Notes under the pieces: generated by a model
Told to the model about the DNA's origin: nothing
Seen by the model: only the letters and a program-made list of their open reading frames with translations
Database searches by the model: none
In this document: one piece after another, positions 11,771 to 24,610 of the stretch
How the letters are laid out: each line of letters opens with the position of its first letter
How positions within the stretch are numbered: the first letter of the stretch is position 1
Source: the human T2T-CHM13v2.0 reference genome, Homo sapiens
Length of the DNA stretch: 64,000 bases
Reading direction: 5' to 3' (one strand)
NCBI RefSeq assembly: GCF_009914755.1
Contig: NC_060925.1
Program-made: the position numbers and the translations under genes

Positions 11771-13498
11771 ATACAGTGGCAGGAGGAAGTTCAGTGGAGG
11801 CTCACCCTGGGCTGCTGGTCCCATAAAAGAGAAGGACAAAAGTCCAGGCCACCCCAGATCCTGGCAGCAGGAAGCACCAGGGCCCACATCCCACTCAGGG
11901 CAGGGATGAAGGAGCCCATGGTGTGATGATCTCAGACTTCTTGCCTACTGGAGGCTCAGAGTGGATTGGATTTGCTTTAGAAAAATAAAGGAACAGGGTA
12001 TGTCTTCCACTGTAAAGCAAACAATTTATTTCAGAAGGATGGAAACCCAGGCCAGAGCAAAAGGGCATCCAGTCCTCTAATCACCCAAAGATCACCTCCC
12101 ACCAGCCTGGGGTGGACAGGAACTGGAAGCCAGGCCCCACACAGCCCCCTGCGAGCCACGCCTGGGGTCCAGCCTATCCCTCCTGTGTGAAAAGTGATTA
12201 TCTCAAACCTCCAGCCCACGCCCTCCAAAGGGATACCTCCCAGTTCCAACTGCTCCTGCCTCCCGCACAACTACCCCCTCTTGCCTCTTCCCTGGGAACT
12301 CAGGAGGCCGCGTTTGTCTCCTGGCTCCTCTGTGCCCATGGTGGGCGCCATCGTTTTGCAGCTGCTGGACAGTCAGAGGTTGTCTGGGCTGTGAGGCCTC
12401 AGCCGGAAGCTCTGTCTCCAGACTCCATCCACAGGAGTTCTTGAGGGACAATGCAAATGAGGAGATGACAACAGAGTGAGACACATGCTTTCTTGTCTTC
12501 CCAGAGGACCCTGCCAGGCGTCTCCCATCTCCAGACCCTCTCACCCCACGCTATCAGGTGCCTTTTCCTAAAACCATTTCCGCGGAAGTGCTCTGTGTCA
12601 GAAACCGTAAGGGCCTCTCATTAAGAGGGGGCTTCTCTGCCCCTTCCTGGCTGCTCTCTACCCAGCCACAGTGGCTCCTGCCTCTGCCTTCTGCAAATGC
12701 TCTTTCCCCTCCAGCCTGTCCCCCCTTTCACCATGGGCACGGCTCATCCACATCCTGCCCTCATCTCCAGGCCGGCTGCGGCTTCCAACGCTTCTCCGAC
12801 ACCCAGCCTGTGTTGTGCTTCCCTCTCCAGCAGCCAAGAGCTCCTGAGGGCTTCTCTTTCTCTTCCTCACCTTTTACTCTTGATCTTGTTTAATTTCATG
12901 TTGACGTCCACTCTCCATTTTCACATGTCCAAGTCTCCTCTGTATGCTGTCGTGGCCAGGTGCATACCTGCCTGGACCCCCAAAGGGGACAGGGCTCCAT
13001 GAAGTGAAAGGACCATACATGCACCAGATCCCTCCCGGGTCCGGAGCCCGTGCCTGACATTCCCCTGACATCATGCCATCCAGCACGTTGACTCATGAAG
13101 GGTGTCAGCTCAGGGACATTTGTTACGTAAATGCTTTGAGCATTTGAGAGGGACAAAGTTCCACTGAAAGCAAGACATTTTTGCTAAGACATATTCAGAC
13201 AAAAGCCAGGGAGCCAGGACAAGGAGCATGAGCCAGGACAACAGACCAGGAAAGAAATTGCTGGTGTAGAAATAACATTGTTGTGCTTGTTAAAGAAAAC
13301 AATAGCAATGTTTTGTCCCAGGGAGGCACCTGCAAGGCTCCAAGCAGCGTAGAATAATGTCAGGGAGCTTGTGCTGACAGACACTCAGGCTCTGCAGACA
13401 TGAGTTCCATGCTTCATGCCCACATCACCCACCAGGTGTGCCCCAAAGCCCCAAGGGACAGGTACCAGAGTTGCCCCCACTCACATATAAGAAAAAGA

Positions 13499-13838
<340 letters not shown>

Positions 13839-13996
13839 TCACACCATTCAGCCAGGCCTTGAACCTGGGAAGCAGCCTGAGTCTGGAGAAACCTGGCCTG
13901 AGTGTGCTGCAGGATGACTGCATCCTAGGGACAGAGTCAGAGGCCAGGAGAGAGCCTGCAGGCAACATATATTCATGAAATGTCTTCAGGGGGTGA

Positions 13997-14070
13997 CTTC
14001 AATTCAAAGCTTGAATTGAAGCTGCCCAGAGCCCAATTCAATTTGAATTGAATTCAAAGCTGCCCAGAGC
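13997..14070. repeat. Cluster of short inverted and direct repeats
   Basis: cttcaattcaa-agc-ttgaattgaag; caattcaa-t-ttgaattg; aagctgcccagagc x2; aattcaaagct x2. Confidence 0.95.
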
Positions 14071-16039
14071 ACAGTCACATAAAGATAGAGTCCTATTGCC
14101 TGGGTTCAAATCCTGCTCTCAGCCTCACATTTACCTGCCAGATGCTGACGATCTGAGTATGTTGAGCGGATGCTGTGAGGGTGCCCCGAAGGTTGCCTGA
14201 GAGGAGCTCAGCTGGTGCTGCCTCCCCACAGCCCTGGACGCTGCTGCCTGGGCAGAGGTCATTCCTGCAGGTGTGTGTGGTCCCGATACACACATGTATG
14301 GCGTCTCCACCATCCTTTCTGGCAGCTTCTGGGTAGAATCTAGAAAGTGCTTCAGGATAATTCTTCCTGAGGTCAGATATTGATTGTGAGGAGCAAACAG
14401 TTTCAACGTTATTTGGAGTTACTTGCAGAGTAGTGTTTTGTTCTTCCTCTGACTTTAGATCAAGAGAAACACTTGAACCCTTGATGCTATAGACAAATGC
14501 TTTGCAGGTCTCTCTGGTTCCAGAATATGAGCAAGACCTACCCAGGACTCATCAAAGCAGAAGGAGCCCCAGGCCATTGCCTGCTAGACTTTCCAATGAG
14601 CATGAGAACGTGGCACTTTGAGGTTCATCTGTCCGTCTTCCCATCTGCCAAGGAAAACTCTTATGACGAGGATAAGGTGCTGGAGATGGTGCTGGCACTT
14701 GACCGCTGGGAGGATGGGACTAACCCTGCTGCCCATCCCAGCCCGGAGATCTGCCAGGGAGGTGCTCTGGCCGAACACATGAACAAACAAATAAAACCCC
14801 ACCGCAGCAGGGAAAGGCATGCACCTCTGGATACAGGCAGGGCTGAGAGGGCACTGCCGAGTTAATTAGTTGCCGCTTGGCTGGAAGAAGTCAGTTAGAG
14901 AGAAAGTTGCTGCCTTGAGTCTCCTTGAAAATTAGGAGATCCTTGGTACTGACATGACGTGGCCTATGGTCCCCAAGACCACCAGGGGCAACCAATTAAA
15001 GCAAAACCATTCTGGAAAGCGATTAGAGGGGGAGCCCTGGGAAGTCCATGCTTCTACCCCTGGGAACAGCCTGTCACCAAGCCTAAACGATGTGCCATCC
15101 TTCCCAGAAACCCAGGTTGACCATGAGCTTTCATCACCAATCCCTTCATGTTAATCACCACCCGTCGGTGTGACTCACCCTGCCGGAGCCGCAGTCATTT
15201 TCAATCACACAGGCCAAATAAATGAATCATTACTGGAGTGAACATGCGGTGAACGCCAGCAGTTAAGCAGGGAGACAACTTCCCCCTGCTCCCCAGTCTT
15301 ACTGCAAGGTCTTCATGACCACCTACCCAGGCCATGGGGCTTACAAGGAGGACACCAGCTGCTCCCCCAGAGTCCTCACTGCACCTCTGACAGCACATCC
15401 AGGCCTGGGAAGCAGCTATCCTACCCAGATAGATGGATTCGCCCCATCCTACCCAGGGGACTGTTCCCATCCTCACTGGAGGATTTGGGAGAAGCCATGT
15501 CCCTTCCTAGAGGACCCAGAGGGCAGCTGGAGAGATTATTTGCCCTATACCATGGCCAGGGACACCCACAAAGCTGGAATGTAGCAGCACATTTTCTGGG
15601 GTCCTGTCAGCTGGGGGCTGTTTTGCAGAAGATACCCTCTGGCTGGAGCTATGAACCTGAGCCATCTCCCAGGCTATTCGTTTTACCTCTGAAGAAACTG
15701 AGACGAACATCATGGAGCCATCGCAGAGAAGAGGGTTGCCAGTTGGACTCATGAATATGTCTTCAGGACAGCTTCAGCTGCCATGGACTCACCCGCTTAA
15801 GCCAGGACCCTTCCAGCTATCAAGTCAAAACAAAAAGAAAGGCAATTTCCTTCTCCTTCTATTTCTAAATTAAAGAAATCAAGTGGTGCTGTGTTCAAGC
15901 AGCTGTTTACCCAAAGGAATGAATGAAGATCAATATTAATACCTGACACCCACACACTAATCTTTTTGAAATGTCAGACAAAAATAAGGCATTGGGAAAC
16001 TCTATTCTAGACATTTTCCATAACAGGGGTGAATCTCAA

Positions 16040-16118
16040 TCTCTCTCTCTCGCTCCCTCTTCTCTCTCTGTCTGTCTCTTTCTCTTTCTTTCTCTCTCTT
16101 TCTCTCTCTCTCTCTCTC
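16040..16118 (+). repeat. (TC)n-rich simple repeat
   Basis: Visible CT-rich tract. Confidence 0.9.
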
Positions 16119-18599
16119 ACATTCATGTCCATCCCTTCACTCACATGCTTCTGAAGGTGATATTGGACACCTGAATTCACGCCGTGGGCTGCACACTGCT
16201 GCTGTCTGTGGAATTCCTACCATTGGGAGCACACTTGGTCCTCTTACTTGGAAAGATGAATGTTAGCTCCTATTATCCAGCTGAAAGGTAAAGAGGAGTC
16301 AGGCTGTCCTCCAGCTCACGTAATGTTACATGTACCACGGAGTCAACCTTCATGGCTGCAAATGCCTTCTAAGGTGCCCTCTTCAAACTTGTACTGCCAT
16401 CTTAAAATTAATTTATTAGAAGCCCAGGTCTAAACAGAGACGGTTTCCAGGGGGTGAACCATTAGCGGTGCTTGGAGCTCTTGCTGTGAGCTCCTGCTTG
16501 GAGTCCACTCTCTGAAGGTCACCCTGGAATTAAGCAGAAGAGGTCAAGTGGAGCCCTGCAGGTCCCAGAGCTGGTGCTTCCTCAGGGCTGGTGTCCCAGG
16601 AGCGATGTGTTTCTCTCCATGAAGTCCTTAATCACAGCCTCAGGAGGGGCTGCCGTTCTCCCTTTACTTCCTTGGCCTGGATTCTGTTCACAGAAGAGCA
16701 AACAGTTTCCTCGAGGCACCAAGAGATACCGGGAGATGGGCATTGTCACACAGAGTCCTCCTCCAGAGAGCATTTTCCTGAGCTCTGGGAGGTCAGGATT
16801 CAATTGGTCAAATCCACATCTGCAGTTTCCCTCCTCACGCCGGGGACCAGCCTGGGACCTTGGAGGCTGTGAGGTCTCAGACCCCTCCCCCAGCAACCCC
16901 CTTCTCATCCGAGAAGCGGGCGCGGGGCACTTGGGTGGGTTGGGGATGGAGGGTGAGCACTGCCTGGCTGGTCACATCACCTGGAATATAACAAGCACTA
17001 GGGAAGTGATAGGGGCCATTTTCGTTGTCAAGACCAATACAGATAATCATCACTATCATTTATTATTATTGATTCTTTTCTTCCTTTTATCACCAACCCA
17101 CATTTCTCTGCTGATCACCTCTGCAGTTTGGATGAGTCAACAGGAAGGGAATTTGCTCCCTGTCTTTTGTCATCTGGACACCCCTTTGATTGTGCCCCAG
17201 AGGCCCAGTCAATCAACCAGTGACCACAGTGGACAGCGAGGGGCCCAGCCCTGTAGCTATTACACCTACCTATGCTGCCCAGGTGAGTGCCCCCATTGCT
17301 GAGTCTGGGTTTTCTAATCTTCGAGAATGACTGTAACCTTCTGCCTGCACACCCTAATTTCTGTGATTCCAGACTCCCTCAGCTCAGGCACAGAGGGAGG
17401 AACTAGCCAGGGGAAACAGTCTAAGTGCCACAAACTCAAAGACAGCTCTGGCTGCCCTGGGATTCTTTCTCATTTTCATTGCTAATACAGGAATTCCACT
17501 TCCTTCAAGTCAAAGAAAAACAAACAAACAAGAAGTACCTCTTTAAGAAAAGGATAACTGGGAATTGGAGGAACAAAAGAGCTGCCTGTCAGGAAAGCAC
17601 AAGCAATGTGCGTGTCAAACTGCTTTTCACCCAGCAGAGCCTGGAGGAAATCTCACACGGAGACAACAGAGTAAGCTGGTATTATATCAGTAGACGTTTA
17701 TTTTACAAGTCTAAAGTTATTACATTTAATTATCTTAAAGCAAAACTAGCTAAAAAGGAGAATGAGGAGAACCAAAATTGAAACTGAGAGTTGTACATGA
17801 AAAAAAAGCACACTTATACTAATCATAGTTTCCAATATTTTGGTGGCAGAAAAAATGTGAAAATTTTGATTCATGTAGATAAGTTGCCAATGATAACTTT
17901 TTTTAGCGTCTTGTCCTCAAGATACTCTTCATTTAGACTGACCCAGAAACTTTAAAGAAGAAGAGCAGGAGATATGGGTTTTAAAATTGAGCCACTAAAA
18001 ATAATAGGCAACAGAAATTAAAATTTTTTAAAAGTCAAGTCAGAAGCACCCAAATTGACAGGAAGTTCTAGACGATCTACGGTGGATCACCACCCTTGCA
18101 CCTGCCTTAAGGTCGTTGTTGCTGTTCTTGGCAGCTGTGCTCCCTGGACTTCTGGATCTTGCCTTCCAGCTCCCCTGTACAGGGTAGGAGGGTGGCTGCA
18201 GGCAGCATCCCACGGTGGGTTGGAGAATATTTACAATGCTGTGTGACTGAGCACACATGCACCATCTTGGCTGTGCAGCTGCACCTTTCCTAATCAGTGA
18301 CCAGTGATGGTGGACATACAGTTCAAGTGCAGGCACAGGCAGAAGAAGGATGACTATAAGATCTGCCGAAGCACGCGTGCACCCAGCATTAGTAGTTCCC
18401 GATACATCATGGCATGGCAAGTAGGGAAGGACACTTGGGGTTTAAAATGTATTGTTTAAACACAGTTCCAACTGAATGTTGGAAGACACCCAAAGTCCCT
18501 TAGAGGAAGATCAAAGGAGCAAAGATGAAAGCACCTTCACCCACTGGGCTTGTGACATTGCAGCTGGGCAACTGTGTTTCTTCTCACGGCCACCCTCCA

Positions 18600-18742
18600 A
18601 GGTGGGTACTATAAGCATCTGATTTTGCAGGTAAGGAAACCCAGGCAGAAAGACACTCACTGATGGGCTGATGTCCACGCAGCTAGGACGTGGAGAAGCT
18701 GGGGACTGAGCTGGAATTCATCCGACTCTTGAGTCCATGCTA
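18600..18742 (-). mobile_element. MIR fragment
   Basis: gattttgcaggtaaggaaacccaggcagaaag...cacgcagctaggacgtggagaagctgggg. Confidence 0.65.
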
Positions 18743-19530
18743 TGTCTAATGTAATAACCACATCATTGTAATCACCGTAATTCTCACACTGAGAAGGCTT
18801 CCAACCATCCTGGAGCTGGTCTCACTGACTTCCCCAACCTCCATTCCCACTGCTCTCCCCTGCTCCCTCTGCTCCAGCTGCCCCCACCCCGGCCTCTGCT
18901 GCTCCTCCAGGCACCCCCCATGGTTGTCCCCTTACCCTGAAAGTCCTTTCCTGAATGCCTCCTGGCTCACTTGGTTGGCCCCTGCACTCTCTGCTCACAC
19001 CAGCCTTTTCCAGGAAGCTGACTCTGACTACCCCGTTTACGATGACCCCTTCCCACTCACACACTGCAGGTACCATCTCACCTTGCTATGCCTCTTCTCC
19101 ATGGCAGCCATCACTGCCCGACATATGAAACTGCTTATTGTTCATCATTTATCTTCAATGCTGCCAAGTAAGTTCCGTTTGTTTGTGACAACATCCCAAG
19201 CCTTTAGAACAGGAGCTTGTGATGGTTCATTTAGCGTGTCAGCTTAGCTGGGCCACGGTGCCCGGATATGTGGTCAAGCATTATTCTGGATGTTTTCACA
19301 AAGGCGTTTGTGGATGAGATTAACATTGACATCAGCAGATTTCGGGGAAACAGGTGGCCCTTCATGATGCAGGTGGGCTTCACCCAATCAGGTGAAGACC
19401 CTACAAGGAAAAGACTGGCCTCCAAGCAGGGGCAATGAAGCCACAGGCACTTTTGGACTTTTCCTGCAGCTTGGGCTTCTTCCCCAGCCTCCAGCCTGCC
19501 TGCCCACCCTGCAGATTTGGGCCTTGACAG

Positions 19531-20509
19531 TGTTAAGCCAAAAGTATCTGAGACAGATTTCAATCAATTTCAAAAGTTTATTTTGCTGAGGTTAAAGACA
19601 CACCTGTGACACAACCATACAAGGTCCTGATGACATGTGTCCAAGGTGGTCGGGGCACAGCTGGCTTTATACATTTTAGGGAGACATGAGACATCAGTCA
19701 ATACCTGTAAGATGTCCATTGGTTTGGTCCGGAAGGGCTGGACAACTCAAAGTGGGGAGAGCATTTCCAGGTTGTAGGTAGATGAGAGATGAACAGTTGC
19801 ATTCTTTTGAGTCTCTGATCAGCCTTTCACTGAAGACACAATTTCCATGTGAGTGGGGGTTAGACAAATAGTCATGTAGGCCTTAGTCTGGCTCAGTGAA
19901 ACAATAGGGCAGAGGAAACAATCAGATACATGTCTGTCACAGGTGAGCAGAGGGATGACTTTGAGTTCTGTCTGTCCTTTGTCCACTAGGAATTTCCTTG
20001 TGGGCTGTTATGGTTTGACTGTGTCCCCACCCAAATCTAATCTTTAATTGTAGCTCCCGTAATCCGCATGTATCATGGGAGGTACCTGGTGGGAGGTAAT
20101 TGAATCATGGGGGCAAGTTTTTCCCATGCTTTTCTCATGATAGTGAATAAGTCTCATGAGATCTGATGGTTTTTACAAAGGACAGCTCCCCTGCACATGC
20201 TCTCTTGCCTGCCACCATGTAAGGTGTGCCTTTGCTCTTCTGCCTTTGCCGTGATTGCGAGGCATCCCCAGCCATGTGGAACTGTGAGTCCAATAAATTA
20301 TAAATTACCCAGTCTCAGGTATTTCTTCATAGCAGTAGGAGAATGGATTGATACATGGGCAGATTGTGAGGGAGGTGTGTATCTTTTTTATCTTCATAGC
20401 CATCTTATTCAGGAATAGATTGGGAGGTGGGTTTGCCTGCTGAAGTTCCCAGTTTGACTTCCCCTTGACTTAGTGATTTTGGGGTCCCAAGTTTTATTTT
20501 CCTTCCTCA
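19531..20509 (-). mobile_element. MER4A-type (ERV1) solo LTR split by THE1
   Basis: tgttaagccaaaagtatctgagacag...gacatgtgtccaaggtggtcgggg...ttttattttccttcctca. 4-bp TSD acag/tcag (one mismatch). Confidence 0.85.
20006..20355 (+). mobile_element. THE1 (C/D-like) MaLR solo LTR
   Basis: tgttatggtttgactgtgtccccacccaaatct...ataaattacccagtctcaggtatttc...ataca. Perfect TSD tgggc on both sides. Confidence 0.95.
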
Positions 20510-20865
20510 TCAGCCACGATAATCACATGAGCCCATTACAGTAAGTCTCTCCATAGGCATGTAAATCCTGTTGATTCTCTTTCTCTGGAGAACCTTGACT
20601 AACACAGAGCTCATAATTGTTACATGAAAGAATGAGTGAGTGAATGAATGAATGGATGGCCATGAGGAGGAAGCCGGGTCTTAGCAGGAACTGTCCTGTT
20701 GGGTGTAAGCTGACTTCCTGTTGGGCTTCTTGCTTCTCTCCCTTTACTTGAGTGAGGGTTGCTCAACCCCTGAGCCCCTCATCTTCAACTGGAGTCACTT
20801 TCCTTCTTTTCTCCTGCAAAGCATTTGAGCTTCAGAAGGCAGGGCTTGCCCAGACTCTCCTCCTG

Positions 20866-21011
20866 GGAAGGGAAGGGAATGGAAAGGGAGTGGAGGGGAA
20901 GGGAGGGGAGGGGAAGGGAGGGGAGGGGAGGGGAGGGGAAGGGAGGGGAGGGGAAGGGAGGGGAGGGGAAGGGAGGGGAGGAGAAGGGAGGGGAGGGGAG
21001 GGCAGGGAAGG
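20866..21011 (+). repeat. (GGAGG/GGAAG)n G-rich tandem repeat
   Basis: 15-bp period gggaggggaagggag repeated. Confidence 0.95.
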
Positions 21012-21314
21012 CAGAGTGCAGTAATCAGAATTAGGAGGACTCAATTTCCATTTGTGACCAGGCATAGCCTCTCTGAGCCCAGGTCCTCAGGGATCTACAG
21101 TGGGGATAATGGTAAGTCCCACCCCTAAGTGGGTGCATAGCAATTAATTAATACAGATCCTGTGAGGAGTTTGAGAAGCTCAGGTTACACAGCAGGCTCA
21201 ATGGGGATGCCTCTTGTTAACTACATGGAAAGTATTGAGTACACAGTTGACGTTACCAGTCCTAGTGCAGAGGACCTTTACTGAGAAAACCTTTCATCTA
21301 AGGGCTTCAAGTTA

Positions 21315-21455
21315 ATGTATTCATCCTTTTATTCATTTCATCATTCATTCAACCAAGTTCCCACTCAAGCATCAGCCTGGCTCAGAGCTTAGGAGAAATT
21401 TGCTGATGGCAGCCACCATGCTTGTCTTCAGGGAGGTCATGGGGAGGCTGGGGAA
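21315..21455 (-). mobile_element. L2 3' fragment
   Basis: cattcattcaacc... tail followed by L2-like sequence. Confidence 0.5.
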
Positions 21456-22333
21456 CCAGCGGATCAGAAGGTCCAAGAGCTTCTGCAAAGGCCTGGAGGC
21501 AAGAGGAGAGGCAAGAGGATGGGGTCTCCCCAAGCTGGGGTTGGGGGTCCAGGGAGACTTCCTAGAGGGGTCATGCTTGAAGATGGGGCCACAGCTCCTA
21601 GCCGACCAGACAGCTAGAGCCAGTGTTTTCCAACAAGAAGGCTGCTGGGATGGCCCACTGATGCGTTTTCTGATGCTGCTACTCTAGGGCTCAAGGAACT
21701 TCCCAGTGTCACCCATGCACTCATGTAGATGAGAAACCCACAGGATCAGACACAAATCCAGATACTGGAGGCCATGCCACCCCTTCGGACACCTGCTGAC
21801 TGTCTAGTTCTGCAGATCTTTGGTCAGATCTACCATTGAGCCTGACCTGGGTGCCATCAATGCACCCACCTTAGATGCCTGCCTGCATGGTGTCTGGGGC
21901 TGAGGAGTACTGGAGTCTCCCTCCCTGGCAGGGCTTGAGGTTGTGTTCCAATTGCCCAGGAACTCAAAGGCCCCATGACAGAGCGTGTGGGGTGTCCAGA
22001 ACCAACACAAGATGAGACGTTTGGCAACATGCATCACCCACAGTTCTTTCACAGATACCTTCATGGTTCCCTTTGCTTTCCTTGTTGGAGAGGAACATCC
22101 CCAAGGCTTCCTCCTGCATCTCAGGAGTTATTGTTCTCCAGGCTCCTACAGGGACCTCCTCCAGAAACTACAACTGTGCAACCCCATAAAACCCAGGGTC
22201 CTGGCAGGGAGTCCCAGCAGGCCTGCCCCCCCCTTCTGTAGGCCCTCCTGACATGGTTGACATTGAGAAAGAGTGGCTATGCTGTATTATTGTCTACTTG
22301 ATTGCTTCAAATTGGTGTCACTGCCTTTAAACT

Positions 22334-22574
22334 ATTTGCATTTCCTATTTTGGGTCTGTGTGTTTATCCTCTGAAACGGCCTGGCTAATGACTCCTATTT
22401 CACCTCCCTCTTTCCCTTCAGAAAAACGAATCCCATAAAAATCACCAGACTGGTGACTGAGCAAACTCCTTGGCATCATAAAATTTTGATTTAGAGGTTG
22501 AGCAAATGTGATGGAACATTTTTGTGTGCCCTCTTGAATTGTGTAAACTATTTTTGGTGTGCGAGCATTTGCAT
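22334..22574. promoter_or_regulatory. Candidate enhancer with two octamer + MADS-box motif pairs
   Basis: ATTTGCAT 22334-22341 next to CArG CCTATTTTGG 22344-22353; MEF2-type CTATTTTTGG 22548-22557 next to ATTTGCAT 22567-22574. Confidence 0.35.
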
Positions 22575-23279
22575 ATTATTGCCAGAAGTGAGCTCTGTTT
22601 TGTTGTTGTCCCCCCTCTTCTGAGATGAGAAGAAGCTTGATGAGTCAAGCCAGGATGAGACAGGTTCTGAGTCAGAAGACACAGGCTGTCCAAGCCAAGC
22701 AGGCTGAGGTACAGTTCAGGCTCAAAGCAGTGAAATTAGGTGGTGGCACAGTGCTGGAAAGAAGAAATACAGGCATACACAAAAGAAATTTTAGCATACA
22801 ATTCTGCAGAGGGGAGGAGATGGGGTGAAATTCTTGCTCATCTTTCAAGGAGAGATAAATGGCTTCAAGCAAAGTAGCATGTCTCCAGTGGGGCCATGTG
22901 AGCATTGGAGGGACACTGGGGAGCACCGCTGGGGAGGGAGCCCTTCCTTCCCCCCTGCACGTCACCTCAGGGGACTCCTGCACTATGGGATGCGTTCTGG
23001 GAAACACTACTTCAAACTTTCCCCCAGAACCATGGACACAAGCATAGATTCAAAGAGTTCCTTAAAGTAATAGCCCGGGAACATCTAAAATGGGAGAATG
23101 AGAATTGCCCCAAGAAAAGGCTATTCACGTGGGGGTTCACGTCCCCCCACCCGGAGTTGCGATCCAGGATCCTGGACTTGTGGGGAAGAAAAAGGTAGCC
23201 TCTATGCTGGGCTCTATATGAGCAAGTCTGGAACCAAACTGGGCACCTAGAGCATCACATTTAGATCCTTAGGGCACGT

Positions 23280-23645
23280 TTATGAGGAAACAGGAGCATT
23301 TGTGTGGGCTCACTGTGCACCGCGCTTAGCCTCGACTGGTATTACCTAGTATTTAACCTTCACATCAACCCATTTTGCAGCTGGGGCACTGAGGCAAAGT
23401 GAGGTCTTTGCTACTTGCCTAAGGCTGTCCAGGTGGTCCACAGACTTTGCTCTTAACACTGTGTTGAGCTGCCTCAAATTTATAAGCCATGATGTACTTG
23501 ATTTTGTAGGTATTATCTCCATTCTCCAGGGAGGGAAACTGAGGCTCAGAGGGTCCGGTTATTTGTCCATGGTCCCACAGTGACAGCAAGGGAGCCTGGA
23601 TCCACACATCCATCTGGCTGATGCCACAGTGCATGCTTCTTCTGG
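23280..23645 (-). mobile_element. Two MIR fragments
   Basis: cccattttgcagctggggcactgaggc and tattatctccattctccagggagggaaactgaggctcagagg. Confidence 0.75.
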
Positions 23646-24308
23646 GACACCTCCGTGCCTCCCTGGGGCAGCAGGCATGAACTGAGCCTCTCCTGCTTAG
23701 GGCTGGCTAGGTTTCTTGTTCAATGGGAAGGCATCCTATTGGTGTGGAGGCCACACTAAGCACAGCTTGTCTTTCTGTTAACACCTTCCAGAACAAAGTC
23801 AGGATTCATTGCAGGACCGAATTCACGGATGTCTTACTGCAGCCCAGGGCCTGGAGTCCAGTGCTGGGGCCTGTGGGCCTGGGCTGCCCTTATGAGTCTT
23901 TCTGCTTCTTGTTATTACTTTCATTTTCTCCATTATACAGTACTTCAAATTCCATGATCTATATTGTTCTGTCTTACCATTGATTCACTGGTTAAATTAG
24001 CTGCTATTTCTTTCTCCTGCATTATAGGCTCGGAGTAATTTGTTTATGAATCAAAAGTTCTGTAGGCTCTGAAGGAAGGCTTAATATGCATTCATTACAG
24101 CTGAGCCGTAATCACCCTAAATCATGGGAATTGCCAGTCTTGGGCAAGCCGTCGTTCTCTTTGGCACAGCCTCCCATCTTTTACCTGACCAGAGCAGCGA
24201 TGCTGAGGCATGAATTTTAATCAAAATTCAGGGAAGGGTGGTGGGGCGGGAGTGTGCAAAAGGTGAAAATAACAGATTTTCAAAATCTTTTAAAAACATT
24301 CCAAACCA

Positions 24309-24610
24309 GGCTGGGTGTGGAGGCTCACATCTGTTCTCCCAGTGCTTTGGCAGGCTGAGGTGGGAGGAGCCCTTGAGCCTAGGAGTTCAAGACTAGCCTG
24401 GGCAACATAGTGAGACCCTTTCTCTACAAAAAACAAAAAATTAGCTGTGCATGGTGACATGCTCCTGTAGTCCCGGATACTCAAGAGGCTGAGGTGGGAG
24501 GATCACTTGGGCCCAGGAGTTTAAGGCAGGCTGCAGTCAGCTGTAATCGTGCCACTGCACCCAGCCTAGGTGACAGAGTGAGACCCTGTCTCACTAACAA
24601 ACAAACAAAC
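24309..24610 (+). mobile_element. AluJ
   Basis: Full dimer with J-type cctgggcaacatagtgagacc, an (AAAC)n tail, and ccaaacc on both sides. Confidence 0.95.

Larger units (their letters stand above)
19218..20606 (+). mobile_element. MLT2 (ERVL) solo LTR split by MER4A
   Basis: Starts tgtgatggttcatttagcgtgtcagcttagctgggccacggtgccc and ends ctctggagaaccttgactaacaca. Perfect 5-bp TSD gagct (19213-19217, 20607-20611). Confidence 0.9.
18825..20655 (+). mobile_element. L2 fragment hosting nested LTRs (L2 parts ~18825-19217 and 20607-20655)
   Basis: C/T-rich L2 body (ctccctctgctccagc...) on the left. The L2 terminal (GAAT)n resumes on the right. Confidence 0.7.

Noticed and set aside
11413-11909. 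G/E/R-rich and P/S/L-rich ORFs (also at 20752-21065, 47868-48210 and 60380-60927)
   Set aside because: Translations of simple repeats.
16574-17302. 242-aa ORF, the longest in the track
   Set aside because: GTG start, no recognisable domain, and it runs through low-complexity DNA. Consistent with a chance ORF in GC-moderate sequence.
23124-23150. ttcacgt direct repeat within a gtggggg...cccccac stem
   Set aside because: Arms are only 7 bp. It could be a tiny template switch but is not distinguishable from chance.
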